The notes beneath the pieces are model-generated. The model had not been told where the DNA came from. It made no database searches and saw only the letters and a program-made list of their open reading frames with translations. From assembly GCA_024626585.2 (NCBI GenBank), contig JANKJI020000002.1, positions 112,337,605 through 112,360,065 on the forward strand: 22,461 nucleotides of DNA, in the 5' to 3' direction. Positions 1 through 10,674 of the stretch are shown here, in pieces. Made by a program: the position numbers and the translations under genes. How positions within the stretch are numbered: the first letter of the stretch is position 1; each line of letters opens with the position of its first letter. Origin of the DNA: Ginkgo biloba. Lineage: Eukaryota; Plantae; Ginkgophyta.

Positions 1-1
1 C

Positions 2-298
2 TTAAAGAGGAAGAAAAAGGTTAAAAAGGATTCAGTCATGAAACATGATTTGGATGAATGGAGTCATTGATTGATTGTTAGATTTAATTTATTAAATGAT
101 TGAGTGAATAGGGTACTTTGTAAAGACCCAAATTTTACTGGAGAAGACTCTTTAAGAGATCCTATTTTTGTGGCAAGTAACAAAATGACATTAAATCAAC
201 TAGATGAAGACTTTGAACTTGATGACATAGATCATAGTATTATTTCTACCATTGTTGAGATTAAGAAAGGTTGCACACTTAAGCTTATAAAAACATAG
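2..298 (+). pseudogene. Decayed ORF, possibly the acidic C-terminal tail of a hAT-like transposase
   Basis: Frame 2 reads LKRKKKVKKDSVMKHDLDEWSH*...LLND*VNRVLCKDPNFTGEDSL...LDEDFELDDID. The basic patch followed by an acidic DP/F-containing tail loosely resembles the region after the plant hAT dimerization domain. No diagnostic motif lies inside the window. Confidence 0.2.
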
Positions 299-1261
299 AT
301 AAGGTATATTTATTCATATCAAACTTGAGTACATGGACAAATAATAGTGCATGTTCCAATAACTTGACTACATAAGGTAGGATTAGGTATTGACCATAAA
401 GAGCATTAAAAGGGAAAATATGAGTGGAATATTGATAAGAAGTATTATANNNNNNNNNNGAAGATGAAAACAGTATAAAAATTGGTCTTAATTAGTATGT
501 TGAGGATTAACATACTATAAATATCTATGTTAGAGTGGAATTGAATAATTTAGTAATGCTACTAGTATCGGGATGGAAATGACTAGTGATTAACTAGTAA
601 AATCCTAAAGAAAAAGTGACAAGTTACATAACTTGAGAAGTGAAATTAGAATCAATGTTAGAAAAAATATTAGAAGGACAAGAGTGGTGATAAATAACTA
701 GGAATAAGAATTTGGAAACCTCATTCATGTCTATGGAAGGACTAATCTTAGTTTGAGACCAACTAACAAGATACTAACAATTTTTTCTTTGTGTCTATAG
801 GTTGTAATTAAATTTTTAACCCATGTTTGTATATTTTAAATGGTGAAGGAAAGATAACACCTATCACCAATGTTAAGTCTATGAAAGTGAAATTAACTAC
901 TCAATTCAAATATATAAAATATTAAATTAAAATGATGACATAACTTTAAATTTTAGAAAAAAAAATATACTAACCAAGAAGGAAATTCTATTTTTTTTTC
1001 AATTAAAACATAAATAGAAGATACTATCTTATCTTTGAGGCCAATCAATGCCACTTGCTATATAGGGATTCTTTCATCCAATAATTATAAGAGTCAACAA
1101 GGACATATTAAAAACCACTTTTTTCAAAGGTTTGTTTCATTCGTNNNNNNNNNNNNNNNNNNNNNNNNNNNNNNNNNNNNNNNNNNNNNNNNNNNCTTGA
1201 TTGATTATGGCATAAAAATGACCTTTCAATTGATAAATACCAATAAAAGTTTCCTATTTGA

Positions 1262-1690
1262 GTAATGTAGGTTGATTCCTAGTTCATAGATGCATGTAAT
1301 TTACCAATACACTTTATTTAGGTAACTATAGGTCAATTTAAACTACCTTTATCATCACTGCAAGTAGCTACTTGCAAGTAAAATTCAAGTTGTCGACCTA
1401 CACCTTTAGTACACGTAATATTTATATGGAACAAGTTACGCTCATTATGATTGTGTGTAGATGTTTNNNNNNNNNNNNNNNNNNNNNNNNNNNNNAAATA
1501 TAAGTAAGCTATTTACACCTCATACGCATGTGGAAATTATATCGTTGAGGCTATTTTTATTATTTCTGCAAGTATCTACTTGCATATATCATGTAAGTAG
1601 GCTATCTATACCTTGGGTGTAGGTAACTTATTTTCACATGACTTGAAGGTAGATTACCTTCACTATTGATGTATGTAGCTATTACATGAC
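1262..1690. repeat. Degenerate tandem repeat (~208 bp period, possible ~104 bp subunit) containing an 18-bp palindrome
   Basis: TGCAAGTAGCTACTTGCA at 1359-1376 is a perfect palindrome. It recurs as TGCAAGTATCTACTTGCA at 1567-1584. Downstream flanks also align (acctacaccttt / atctataccttg; tgtgtgtagatg / tgtatgtagcta). Confidence 0.6.
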
Positions 1691-2207
1691 AAAAAGGCTA
1701 TATTCATGATATTTATAGGTGGAATGCAATAATAATAATATCCTAAAACATATTTAATTAAATTATACCTTAAAAGATATAATTACAATCCATATTATAG
1801 CCCCTAATTTCATAATATAAAATATGCATNNNNNNNNNNNNNNNNNNNNNNNNNNNNNNNNNNNNNNNNNNNNNNNNNNNNNNNNNNNNNNNNNNNNNNN
1901 NNNNNNNNNNNNNNNNNNNNNNNNNNNNNCTTATTAATCAGGTACCATACCATATAAATTGTCAACAGAGCATATGCATGTCAAAATTTACTTGTACTTC
2001 CTATTTGAAGAAAATTTATATCACTTAAATTTTTTTTTAGCATACAATTGTGTGACATTATACTTTGGTTTCTTATGGAGTGTGTATTATCTTATGCACA
2101 CCCATTCCACAACCAACTTTCTCATATCTTCTACTCCCAACATATGCAAAATACTAATGGATATGCCTTGAAAATATCTAGAGGGAAATTCAATCATATT
2201 TATCTTG

Positions 2208-2930
2208 TTAATAATTTTTTTCATTATGATATGTAAAAATATCATCTATAATTGTCTTCCTCGTTGCATCAAACCATTTCTTATTTATTTCCAATAAAAT
2301 TTGGTTTCTTTCATATAGATTACCAATTAAATCATGAATCATATTTTTGTTAATACACATATTTTTATTTCCCAGAAAAACATCTCCAATGCACATTGCC
2401 AACATTAATTCCTTAACCAGATTGGTGTTTAATACTATTCTTAGCATAAGTTTCTTGAACCAAAAAATTAAATTTTAATTCATTCTCATTCAATTTTTTC
2501 TCTAGTACTATTCTTGTTGTAGCTTTGGTATATGTCTCCCAATCTTTTGGAATGATATCATTCATTATTACATTTGTGTAGCATTGCTGTTCTATCTACA
2601 TTCTATTAGATTATGAGAATAAATTTGATCTTGAATATAAAGACTCTTAGAATAACATAACACCTTTAATTGCAAGTTCAAATGTTATACTAAGACTTCA
2701 AATATCACCGATATTGCTAGAATTCACTAAGGTGCATAATCTTTACACTTCAATCTTAATCACATTGTGTTAAAAAACAAACATAGATTATGTTTTTAAA
2801 AGTGTTTAATTCATGCATTTTGGAATTAATTTCATCATGATTTTTCATGCTCATGTAATAAGTTTTTCATCGCTATCCTTGGTTTCTTTGAACCAATCAT
2901 GTGAAATTTCCCTATCACATCAATATTCCA
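2208..2930 (-). pseudogene. Unidentified decayed ORF remnant with a repeated I-x3-W-x3-T-[KR] motif
   Basis: Manual minus-strand translation gives EISHDWFKETK (W at 2893-2895), IIPKDWETYTK (W at 2539-2541) and EINKKWFDATR (W at 2274-2276), separated by stops and frameshifts. Confidence 0.3.
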
Positions 2931-3349
2931 TTTTTTATGATTATATCTTTTTTTTGTGATTCTACCTTTTCATGGGAAAACACTTTATTTGTTCTCCTTC
3001 TACAAAAATATCCTTCCTTTACTTGTTCATTGATTTTTTTTGTGACTTGCAACAAAGTTTCCTTCAGTCACACAACTTTCATCTTTTATAGGTATTTCTT
3101 AACTTTTTGAGATTGTTGAATTTTATCACTATTTAATCCTTTTGTTGTGACTTAGTATTTTATAAATGTTTAAGTGTTTGAAACAATGCTTACTTTTTTA
3201 GTTATTTTGGCATTAACACTTAGATAATTTTCTATAGAAAAACCTTTCTCCTAAATTTCCATCTAACCCTTCTTATTTTTCCTCTCCATTCATCAAAATA
3301 ATGTTTCCAAATCTTATTCTAAGGTCATTTATTTCAAATAATTCATGAG

Positions 3350-3420
3350 CCATGACATGAATGGTGTGTACTTTAATGTAGAGAAGCAAGTTCAAGGTGG
3401 ATCTAGCATCATGGAACAAA
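3350..3420 (+). pseudogene. Possible chromodomain-like integrase C-terminus remnant (Ty3/gypsy)
   Basis: Reads T-(R*)-NGVYF ... (W*)RSKFKVDLASW with frameshifts, resembling TRxxxYxEYLVKWKxxPxEDASW. It lies about 140 nt upstream of a PPT-like motif and an LTR start. Confidence 0.3.
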
Positions 3421-3567
3421 GATATCCTCATGGATTTAAGATCCCCTGGGTCAATAAGGGAGCAAGTAATAACCATGAAATTCATACTTCCTTCCTTTGA
3501 ATATATCTTAGAGGCCCCAATAAAAGGATGATTGATGCATACGTGTGTTCTTCTCTCAACTAGTGAG

Positions 3568-4547
3568 TGTCATTATAAAATAGGACACTTGGTCCTCGCC
3601 TTACCTGGTGCCACCCTTATCTAATCATAAGATGATATCAAAGATAAGAGACCTCCTTCCACCTTGTGGGGCCAAGATAAGATGAGAATGTTAAGTAATC
3701 TTTAACCAAGGGATTGGCCCCTCCCTAGGATCCCCTTTCATATTAATTTAAGTAGGGAGAAGCATCCATGATAAGGGAGTATACTCTCTCTCACCTAATT
3801 AGGGATCGACATGACAACCAAGAAACCTCTCAATCTTTGCTCAGCTAGTGAGAAATGAGATGTGTCATGGTAAGGGAGTTGTGCACCCTTCCCTTAACTC
3901 TTATATATCCCTTATTTAGTTAGGGAGATGAAACACCAACAAGGATAAGGGATCTATCATTCTGTATCTTAATTTAGTGATGATAGTAATTAATGACTTA
4001 ACTAATAAAGGTTAAGGATGTATCTTATCAAGGACCCCAGAGGATTTATGGGTCTATGGAATTAATATCATTAATTATTAGGTGGAAATCAAGGAATAAT
4101 TAATAGAATCCATGTAATGGTGATTGAGTATCATGATATTGAAAGAGGCAATATCATTAATTATTATAATTATCCCAATTATAACACTCACACAAGTGTC
4201 ACTTACCCTAATATTACTCCAAAAATCCTGCCTCATCCTTTATAAATATTCTTGCTAATTGATCCCAGTGCATTCTTGAAAAATCATTGTCTTTCTGCCA
4301 CATCTATACTCTTGATTCATCAAAGTCATTTTTTCTATCTAAGGTCCCTATCTACCTTCTAAAGAGTTATACAATCAGGTCCAACTAGCTTCTACTTTAT
4401 TACTTTTGTAAAGGTGTGTTTTATAAAGAAGATAGTCTTTCAAATCATCATTCAATCAAGAATTGTTCAAGACAACATGGTGACCAAATCCTTCTAGGTA
4501 ACTAAAGTAAATTAAGATCACCTAGGACACTACGCCTAAGAATGACA
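3568..4547 (+). mobile_element. LTR (~980 bp), probably the 3' LTR of a Ty3/gypsy element
   Basis: Begins TGTCATTataa and ends taagAATGACA: TG...CA termini with a 7-bp perfect (9/11) terminal inverted repeat. TATAAATA lies at about 4241. It is preceded by aactagtgag, which matches the decayed PPT-like aactagagag that precedes another LTR start at 13771 (minus strand). No TSD is visible; a gap follows. Confidence 0.7.
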
Positions 4548-6284
4548 ATAANNNNNNNNNNNNNNNNNNNNNNNNNNNNNNNNNNNNNNNNNNNNNNNNN
4601 NNNNNNNNNNNNNNNNNNNNNNNNNNNNNNNNNNNNNNNNNNNNNNNNNNNNNNNNNNNNNNNNNNNNNNNNNNNNNNNNNNNNNNNNNNNNNNNNNNNN
4701 NNNNNNNNNNNNNNNNNNNNNNNNNNNNNNNNNNNNNNNNNNNNNNNNNNNNNNNNNNNNNNNNNNNNNNNNNNNNNNNNNNNNNNNNNNNNNNNNNNNN
4801 NNNNNNNNNNNNNNNNNNNNNNNNNNNNNNNNNNNNNNNNNNNNNNNNNNNNNNNNNNNNNNNNNNNNNNNNNNNNNNNNNNNNNNNNNNNNNNNNNNNN
4901 NNNNNNNNNNNNNNNNNNNNNNNNNNNNNNNNNNNNNNNNNNNNNNNNNNNNNNNNNNNNNNNNNNNNNNNNNNNNNNNNNNNNNNNNNNNNNNNNNNNN
5001 NNNNNNNNNNNNNNNNNNNNNNNNNNNNNNNNNNNNNNNNNNNNNNNNNNNNNNNNNNNNNNNNNNNNNNNNNNNNNNNNNNNNNNNNNNNNNNNNNNNN
5101 NNNNNNNNNNNNNNNNNNNNNNNNNNNNNNNNNNNNNNNNNNNNNNNNNNNNNNNNNNNNNNNNNNNNNNNNNNNNNNNNNNNNNNNNNNNNNNNNNNNN
5201 NNNNNNNNNNNNNNNNNNNNNNNNNNNNNNNNNNNNNNNNNNNNNNNNNNNNNNNNNNNNNNNNNNNNNNNNNNNNNNNNNNNNNNNNNNNNNNNNNNNN
5301 NNNNNNNNNNNNNNNNNNNNNNNNNNNNNNNNNNNNNNNNNNNNNNNNNNNNNNNNNNNNNNNNNNATTTTGAGTGGGATTTTTCTTCCCTACTTCTACA
5401 AGATATACAAGCCCATTTCCTCATATAAAATTCTTTGTTTTGTGTGTGCATGTGTTGAAAATGGTTTAGATTATGTCGCAATAAAATATGGAATTTACAA
5501 AAAAAATTATGAAAGGCTCTCAATATAAAAAATTGGCTCTCAATAAAACTTGAATATGCAATTTTACAGGCTTTGAGAAGTATCTAAGAAAAATCGAAAG
5601 ATTTTCCTGTAGTATAAAGTAATGCAAGGCAACCGCTCCTTATTCAGACATTTAAAAAAATACGTCATATCTTTAATCATAATGCCATTAGACAATTCAC
5701 AGGAGTGTCCCACAAGGACTGTTACTGTACCGTTATTCTCTGTAATACTCTTTTACAGAAGGTGATCTAATAGGATTTATTTTTTATTAGCTTTGGACAG
5801 GACTAATGGAATCAATATACAACGTGAGCACTTGTTTGCAATTGGTTGAACACAGAGTATTATCTTATCATTTGAAGTATTAAGGTCAAGTAAAGAGTAA
5901 AGCTACTTTTCCCAAGCCAAACAAGGATCCTCAACAATAAAACAGTAGTAACAATTAAGCATTAAAAATAATCTTCAAAAATAACAGCAACCAAGTAGAA
6001 GAACAGAATGAAAAATGTAAGTCCTTGCATAAGAAAATATTAGAAACTTCTTCTCCCATACAAATACCATTACAAATTGGGAAATGTCAGTCTGATGGTA
6101 GATACAAGTCAAGAATTTTCTGATTTTTTAATTGTAAATGGGAAAATATGCCTTGTAAATCCAGCCCACATAATAGAAAATTATTATACTATGCAAGCCG
6201 CACTACAGTAGAATAATGCCTACTATGAAAGCTATGCTTTTGAATCCCTGTTTTCATCGATACAACAACTAGTTTTCTCTTTAT

Positions 6285-6581
6285 TTCACCTATCATATTT
6301 TTTAGTAATTCTTATGTAAATTTTATTATAAAAGGATCCTTCTTAGTCACATTATTTAAAATTAAAACATTTAAAATTTTCCATTTTTAGTTTTAGTAAT
6401 TATAATTGGTGGTACCTAATTACTCTTTTCCATAAGATATATGCAACTTAAATTCAATAATTTATTGAATTATTCTTATACTTATTTATTATGCTTTGGG
6501 TTCATTCTATATGGCCATTTCCTTATAATCTTTACACCTTCCTCCTACTCAATCCTTAATTACCTAATCTCTAGTGGTATC
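6285..6581 (-). pseudogene. Ty3/gypsy reverse transcriptase N-terminal fragment (decayed pol)
   Basis: Minus strand translates IPLEIR*LRIE*EEGVKIIRKWPYRMNPKHNK*V*E*FNKLLNLSCIYLMEKSN*VPPIIITKTKNGKF, then after a frameshift LNNVTKKDPFIIKFT*ELLKNMIGE. This matches the gypsy RT start (PYRMNP...KLL..GFIYP.E.S.WVSPIVI..KKNGK.R.C.D.R.LN..TKKDPFPLPF.DE.L). Confidence 0.85.
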
Positions 6582-7100
6582 TGATGTGAGGCCAAATGGG
6601 GAAGGGAGGAATTGAATCCCATTAAATACACAAGCAAAATAATTATAAATAAATTGGGTTCACACAAGAATGAATCAATGAATAAACAAATAATGACACT
6701 CCCAAATACTTGCAAAGAAACATGAGAACTTTAGAAGAAAAATCCAAGAAATCTCTTTTTCCAACTTCTCTTACATGTGCATGATAAATCTCTCCATTAA
6801 TTGTGAGAAGGAATCTCAATACATTTAGTTCTAATACTTCCTATANNNNNNNNNNNNNNNNNNNNNNNNNNNNNNNNNNNNNNNNNNNNNNNNNNNNNNN
6901 NNNNNNNNNNNNNNNNNNNNNNNNNNNNNNNNNNNNNNNNNNNNNNNNNNNACTTATTCTAAATGAATGGTGAAAAGGAGTGTGCGCACATTCAAGTGTC
7001 CTATCCTAAATGGATGGTGGGTAAAGAGTGTGCACCACTTTTCCTATAATAGAATAGGTACTTAATTAACACTAATACTAATTAATGATTCAATTAACTT
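6582..7100 (-). mobile_element. LTR-like fragment abutting the RT remnant
   Basis: RT similarity stops abruptly at TGATGTGAGG. The following aatggg-gaagggaggaattgaat-cccatt stem resembles the reverse complement of an LTR U5 end. There is an internal ~47-bp duplication at 6953-7037 (ctaaatgaatggtg...gagtgtgc / ctaaatggatggtg...gagtgtgc). The right boundary is uncertain. Confidence 0.45.
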
Positions 7101-7429
7101 GATTTTTCAAACTAAGTGCATCGTATGGCCTTAGTTGCACAAACCTTATAAAATATTGAATAATTNNNNNNNNNNNNNNNNNNNNNNNNNNNNNNNNNNN
7201 NNNNNNNNNNNNNNNNNNNNNNNNNNNNNNNNNNNNNNNNNNNNNNNNNNNNNNNNNNNNNNNNNGAAGGTTATTTGTGTAAATTTACTAGCATCTTGCC
7301 TATGCGAATTTTCTATAATCTTACATTACCAATATAATTTCACAAACAACTTGTCTTCTACTTTCTCTAACTGAATGCTCACACCTAACTCTATGAGCTT
7401 TGGCTAGCTTTAAAGTATAAAATAACTTT

Positions 7430-7560
7430 GGAAATCATATTTTTACTCCCTCAATTAATCTCTATCAAAGGTATAGATACTTCTTATTCCTTCAATTTCT
7501 TTGTATGTCTACTCAAAATCTTAATAATTCTTAGTAATTTAATTTAATATTTACTTCATT
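7430..7560 (-). pseudogene. Second gypsy pol fragment (segment immediately preceding the RT core)
   Basis: Minus strand reads KLL/KNY*DFE*TYKEIEGI...RLIEGVKI, resembling LLKEYQDVFAWTYKDLKGI...IELEEGxKP. Confidence 0.45.
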
Positions 7561-7678
7561 GCTAAATATTTATGCATATTACTTAAGATGTGAATAATAT
7601 TTAAATAATTGCAATCTCCTTTAGAATCACCAACTTTTTTCAATCTTAGAATTTAAATGCTTTTTGATNNNNNNNNNN

Positions 7679-8262
7679 AAAATAAAGACTCATTGTTGAA
7701 CTCCTAGAGTGTTGTCACTAACCATTCTAATGATTCTTTTACTAGCATTCTGAGCATACTTTAACACTTCACCTATATAGCCTTTCAAATGACTTTAAAT
7801 CTATTAATATTTTAAATATTTAACAATTTTTTTTTAATCTTTACAAACTTTGGAGATGAACACCAAATGAAGGTGATGGTCTTTTAAAGATTAAACANNN
7901 NNNNNNNNNNNNNNNNNNNNNAGAGCATAAAAATTTATATACTTACTACATGATTGTCTTCATTCTCTCCTTTTGGTAACATAACCAATGTTTGACTATT
8001 AAATATTATATTTTAACATACAATTCATTTAGCCTTCATAAAACATAAATTAACCCTAATATTCATTGATCATACTCATATCAACATGAATTTATAATGT
8101 CTCATATAATCACTAGTAAAACCAATCAATTCCATTACTCTTAAAAAAATACAAGACCATAGAGAGTTCACAATCATACTATGCCATTTATTATTCTTTG
8201 ACTAACTTTCTCTTACCCTTAATGGTGTAAAACTAAATTTAGCCTTTATTTATAGGATTACA
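7679..8262 (-). mobile_element. 3' LTR (partial) of a minus-strand Ty3/gypsy element
   Basis: On the minus strand the purine tract AAAAAGGTGGGTGT is followed directly by TGTAATCC (start at 8262). A TATA-like ggcTATATAgg lies at about 7773-7782. The left end is not defined. Confidence 0.5.
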
Positions 8263-8276
8263 ACACCCACCTTTTT
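8263..8276 (-). other. Polypurine tract (PPT)
   Basis: The reverse complement AAAAAGGTGGGTGT lies immediately before the TG LTR start. Confidence 0.55.
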
Positions 8277-8339
8277 ACAAAATAAAAATTTTCCCTTTCA
8301 AATTTAGAATATTTACTCTTATAATTACTTGATAAAATA

Positions 8340-8961
8340 AAATAAAAGTTATCCTTCATATACAATCCTTCGTATTTAATGTCTTGAAATTTTGTAAATT
8401 TTCTTGGAATTTTAAATCTTGGTTAGTTTGTACCTTTGCATCTTTGTTTTCCCTTCTTCTAATCAACTCAGTAAGCATGATAGAAGGTTGGGATTATTTC
8501 AATTGGTCTTCTAACTATGCCACTTTATATTTCAAATATCCATTCTCTTGAGTTGATTTATCATTAAATAACCTTAGGAAAATTATACTAACATTTAATA
8601 GGATTGAAAAATCTTCTACCTCATTTTTCTTCTTAAATATTCTATTCCACTACTTGTTTAGTGGGTATGACAACTAGTTGTATTAGAGTAATAAATGATT
8701 ATGTAGTTGGTTGAATTAAGGCAACATATGAATTATCTTATTCCATTCCAAAGGTAATGTTTATAATCATTTAAATTAGAATATTATGCAATACTTATTT
8801 GTCTTTCCCTTTATTCCACTTGGTCAAATTATTTTCTATGGCATCTTGAAGGAAATAGGGCATGTTCACAAATTATTCTCTATTATGACTAATAAATTTC
8901 TAAAATGGGGTATGTTGAGGTGGGTGGAATACTAGTGCATACAAATAAATTTAGAAGGGAT
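8340..8961 (-). pseudogene. Decayed accessory (extra) ORF of an LTR retrotransposon, located just upstream of the PPT
   Basis: Minus strand reads SKFICMH*YSTHLNIPHFRNLL/SHNRE*FVNMPYFLQDAIENNLTKWNKGKDK*VLHNILI*MII, followed by a coiled-coil-like ENGYLKYKVA*LEDQLK. From memory this resembles the KYITCEGRY...HF.LL.H.RH...VN.PYFL...H.GLI motif of retrotransposon-associated ORFs in gymnosperm predicted proteins. Not verified by search. Confidence 0.5.
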
Positions 8962-9061
8962 NNNNNNNNNNNNNNNNNNNNNNNNNNNNNNNNNNNNNNN
9001 NNNNNNNNNNNNNNNNNNNNNNNNNNNNNNNNNNNNNNNNNNNNNNNNNNNNNNNNNNNNN

Positions 9062-10470
9062 ATCATTTCTCAGTAGAACCAAACCCCCTATTTACAACAA
9101 TTCCTTGGAATAAAAATGAAGAGAGAGAGAGATAAGAAGTCAAGGACAAATACTTAGTATATGAAAATAAAGCAAAAACTCTCCAAAACTCCCCCCCTTT
9201 TTTTGCAGCAATAATTCCTCTATATAACACCTTCTTCCTGAGGTGGTTGGCCACTTAATTTAGTCCCTAAGGATGAATACATAAAATATCATGGACATCC
9301 CTCTAGAATAATATGATCTATGAATACCATATCCACTCTAGAATAATTTCTTCCTTGAAAATATCTTCTTTCCCATGGTGGTTGGTGGACTTGTTGTGCC
9401 TTTGAAAATTGCTTTGTAATAGAAATGGTTGCCTCTATAATTATTTCCTTTCAACTCTCATATGGTCATTATAATTTTGATATTAACTCATACACATTCC
9501 CTCATTTGGTCCCCATGACCCCTCCTCCTCACAAAGGTTACATCATGCATTGTGGTCTTTGATCCTAATGGAAGATCCCTAGGAGGGATATGTTTAAATA
9601 TCCCCAATAAGATATGAAATGAAGATATAAGTGACATTTATTATGCCACTTAGGATAAAAATCATGGTGATTCATTTATCATGATATGAGGATTCCACTT
9701 CTTATATTTTGTGGTGGGTTTAAGTTCCTTTATTTTGATTCAAGGAATTTGAAGGGTCCATTACATTAACTGCTTGTACTTTTAACATGCAACCTTAGTG
9801 AACTAGGATGTGATAACCTATCCATACACGTGTCAAATTGAAAAAATATTTCTTAGGTATTTTTAATTACTTGGTATTCACCTGTGATGCCTTACAAGTG
9901 GGAGGATAAAAACTTTAAGTCACAAACTCTGATCACTCAATCCCAAGGAATGTCAGATGCAAAGTTTTGATCACCTAGATTTTATTCCTCCATTTGGGTC
10001 TGCATCACTTCAGGAATTTTATATAGGTTGCATCTCCACTAACTCTCCAAAACCACTATTATCATATTCCCAAATGACATACATATTTATTTACTCATTG
10101 TGGCTTTAATAATTACTTCATGACTCTTCAAAGAGGACCCAATTTCTACCAATGCCTAGACCCTTAAAACTCAATATTTATTTAACTAAGTAAAATATAA
10201 TTTCAATTCCATAAACCTTTGACACTTCCCTTGGGCACATTCACTTCCAAATAACCCAAGCCTCCGAGACCTGGAACTTTATTCACTATGCTCCATTAAC
10301 CTTTCGGATTTGCAAACTTCATGACTTGACAACAAAGGACTCAGCATGGTACCTTAGACCCCCTCCTTTTTAATAGTATTTGAGTAGATTTCGAGTCTTT
10401 GGATCAAGACTTAGGAGACTGCCCACTTATTTTCCCGAGCTCCCAAAAAAACCAAAACTCAAGCTTTCTT
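9062..10470 (-). mobile_element. Long LTR family A, copy 1 (partial)
   Basis: Colinear with 11480-12604 and 12705-13520. Anchors are aggtggttggccac (about 9241 / 11658), ccctcctcctcacaaaggtt (9520 / 11921), gatcctaatggaagat, and acctagattttattcctccatttgggtc (about 9973 / 12948). A TATA-like TATATAGAGG lies on the minus strand at about 9216-9225. Confidence 0.75.
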
Positions 10471-10674
10471 CAAATCTTTGCATCTCATCTTTAGCTTTCT
10501 TGGTGGGCAGCCTCCATCAGTTCAACAAGATATTATGGATTCAGGGAGTTTCACCGCAAGTATTTCCTCGACACATTAATCTCTTTGTCATTGCTTTTAT
10601 CTACTCGGGCAACTCTATCTTTCCACTCCCCCTCTTGCACTTAGAACAATACTCTGGCTTCCTATAGATAACAA
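10471..10674 (-). mobile_element. Degenerate PBS (10662-10673) plus ~190 bp of 5' internal leader
   Basis: Minus strand reads ...cttcaCA t TGTTATCTATAG, a 2-mismatch version of the TGGTATCTAGAG at 16613-16624. It is followed by taagtgcaag, as also seen after the PBS at 18041-18054. Confidence 0.55.

Noticed and set aside
493-517. 9-bp hairpin TAGTATGTT/AACATACTA
   Set aside because: It is a short AT-rich stem expected by chance, with no supporting context.
4522-5528. Long ORFs of 333 aa and 328 aa in the supplied track
   Set aside because: They consist almost entirely of X residues from the N gap. The other gap-spanning ORFs are the same artefact.
5515-5544. Direct repeat GGCTCTCAATA x2, and GTGAGCAC at 5824 resembling the end of miR156
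   Set aside because: The repeat is a short local duplication. The miRNA similarity is only 8 nt, with no foldback partner visible.
5570-5618. Possible 49-nt coding micro-exon (FEKYLRKIERFSCSIK)
   Set aside because: The donor site is weak and the peptide has no recognisable similarity. It cannot be supported without RNA-seq.
6575-6586. TGGTATCTGATG as a plus-strand PBS
   Set aside because: It is only a 9/12 match, is not preceded by an LTR-terminal CA, and overlaps the antisense of the RT codons Ile-Pro.
7270-7385. Faint chromodomain-like peptide on the minus strand
   Set aside because: It needs several frameshifts and lacks the conserved aromatic residues.
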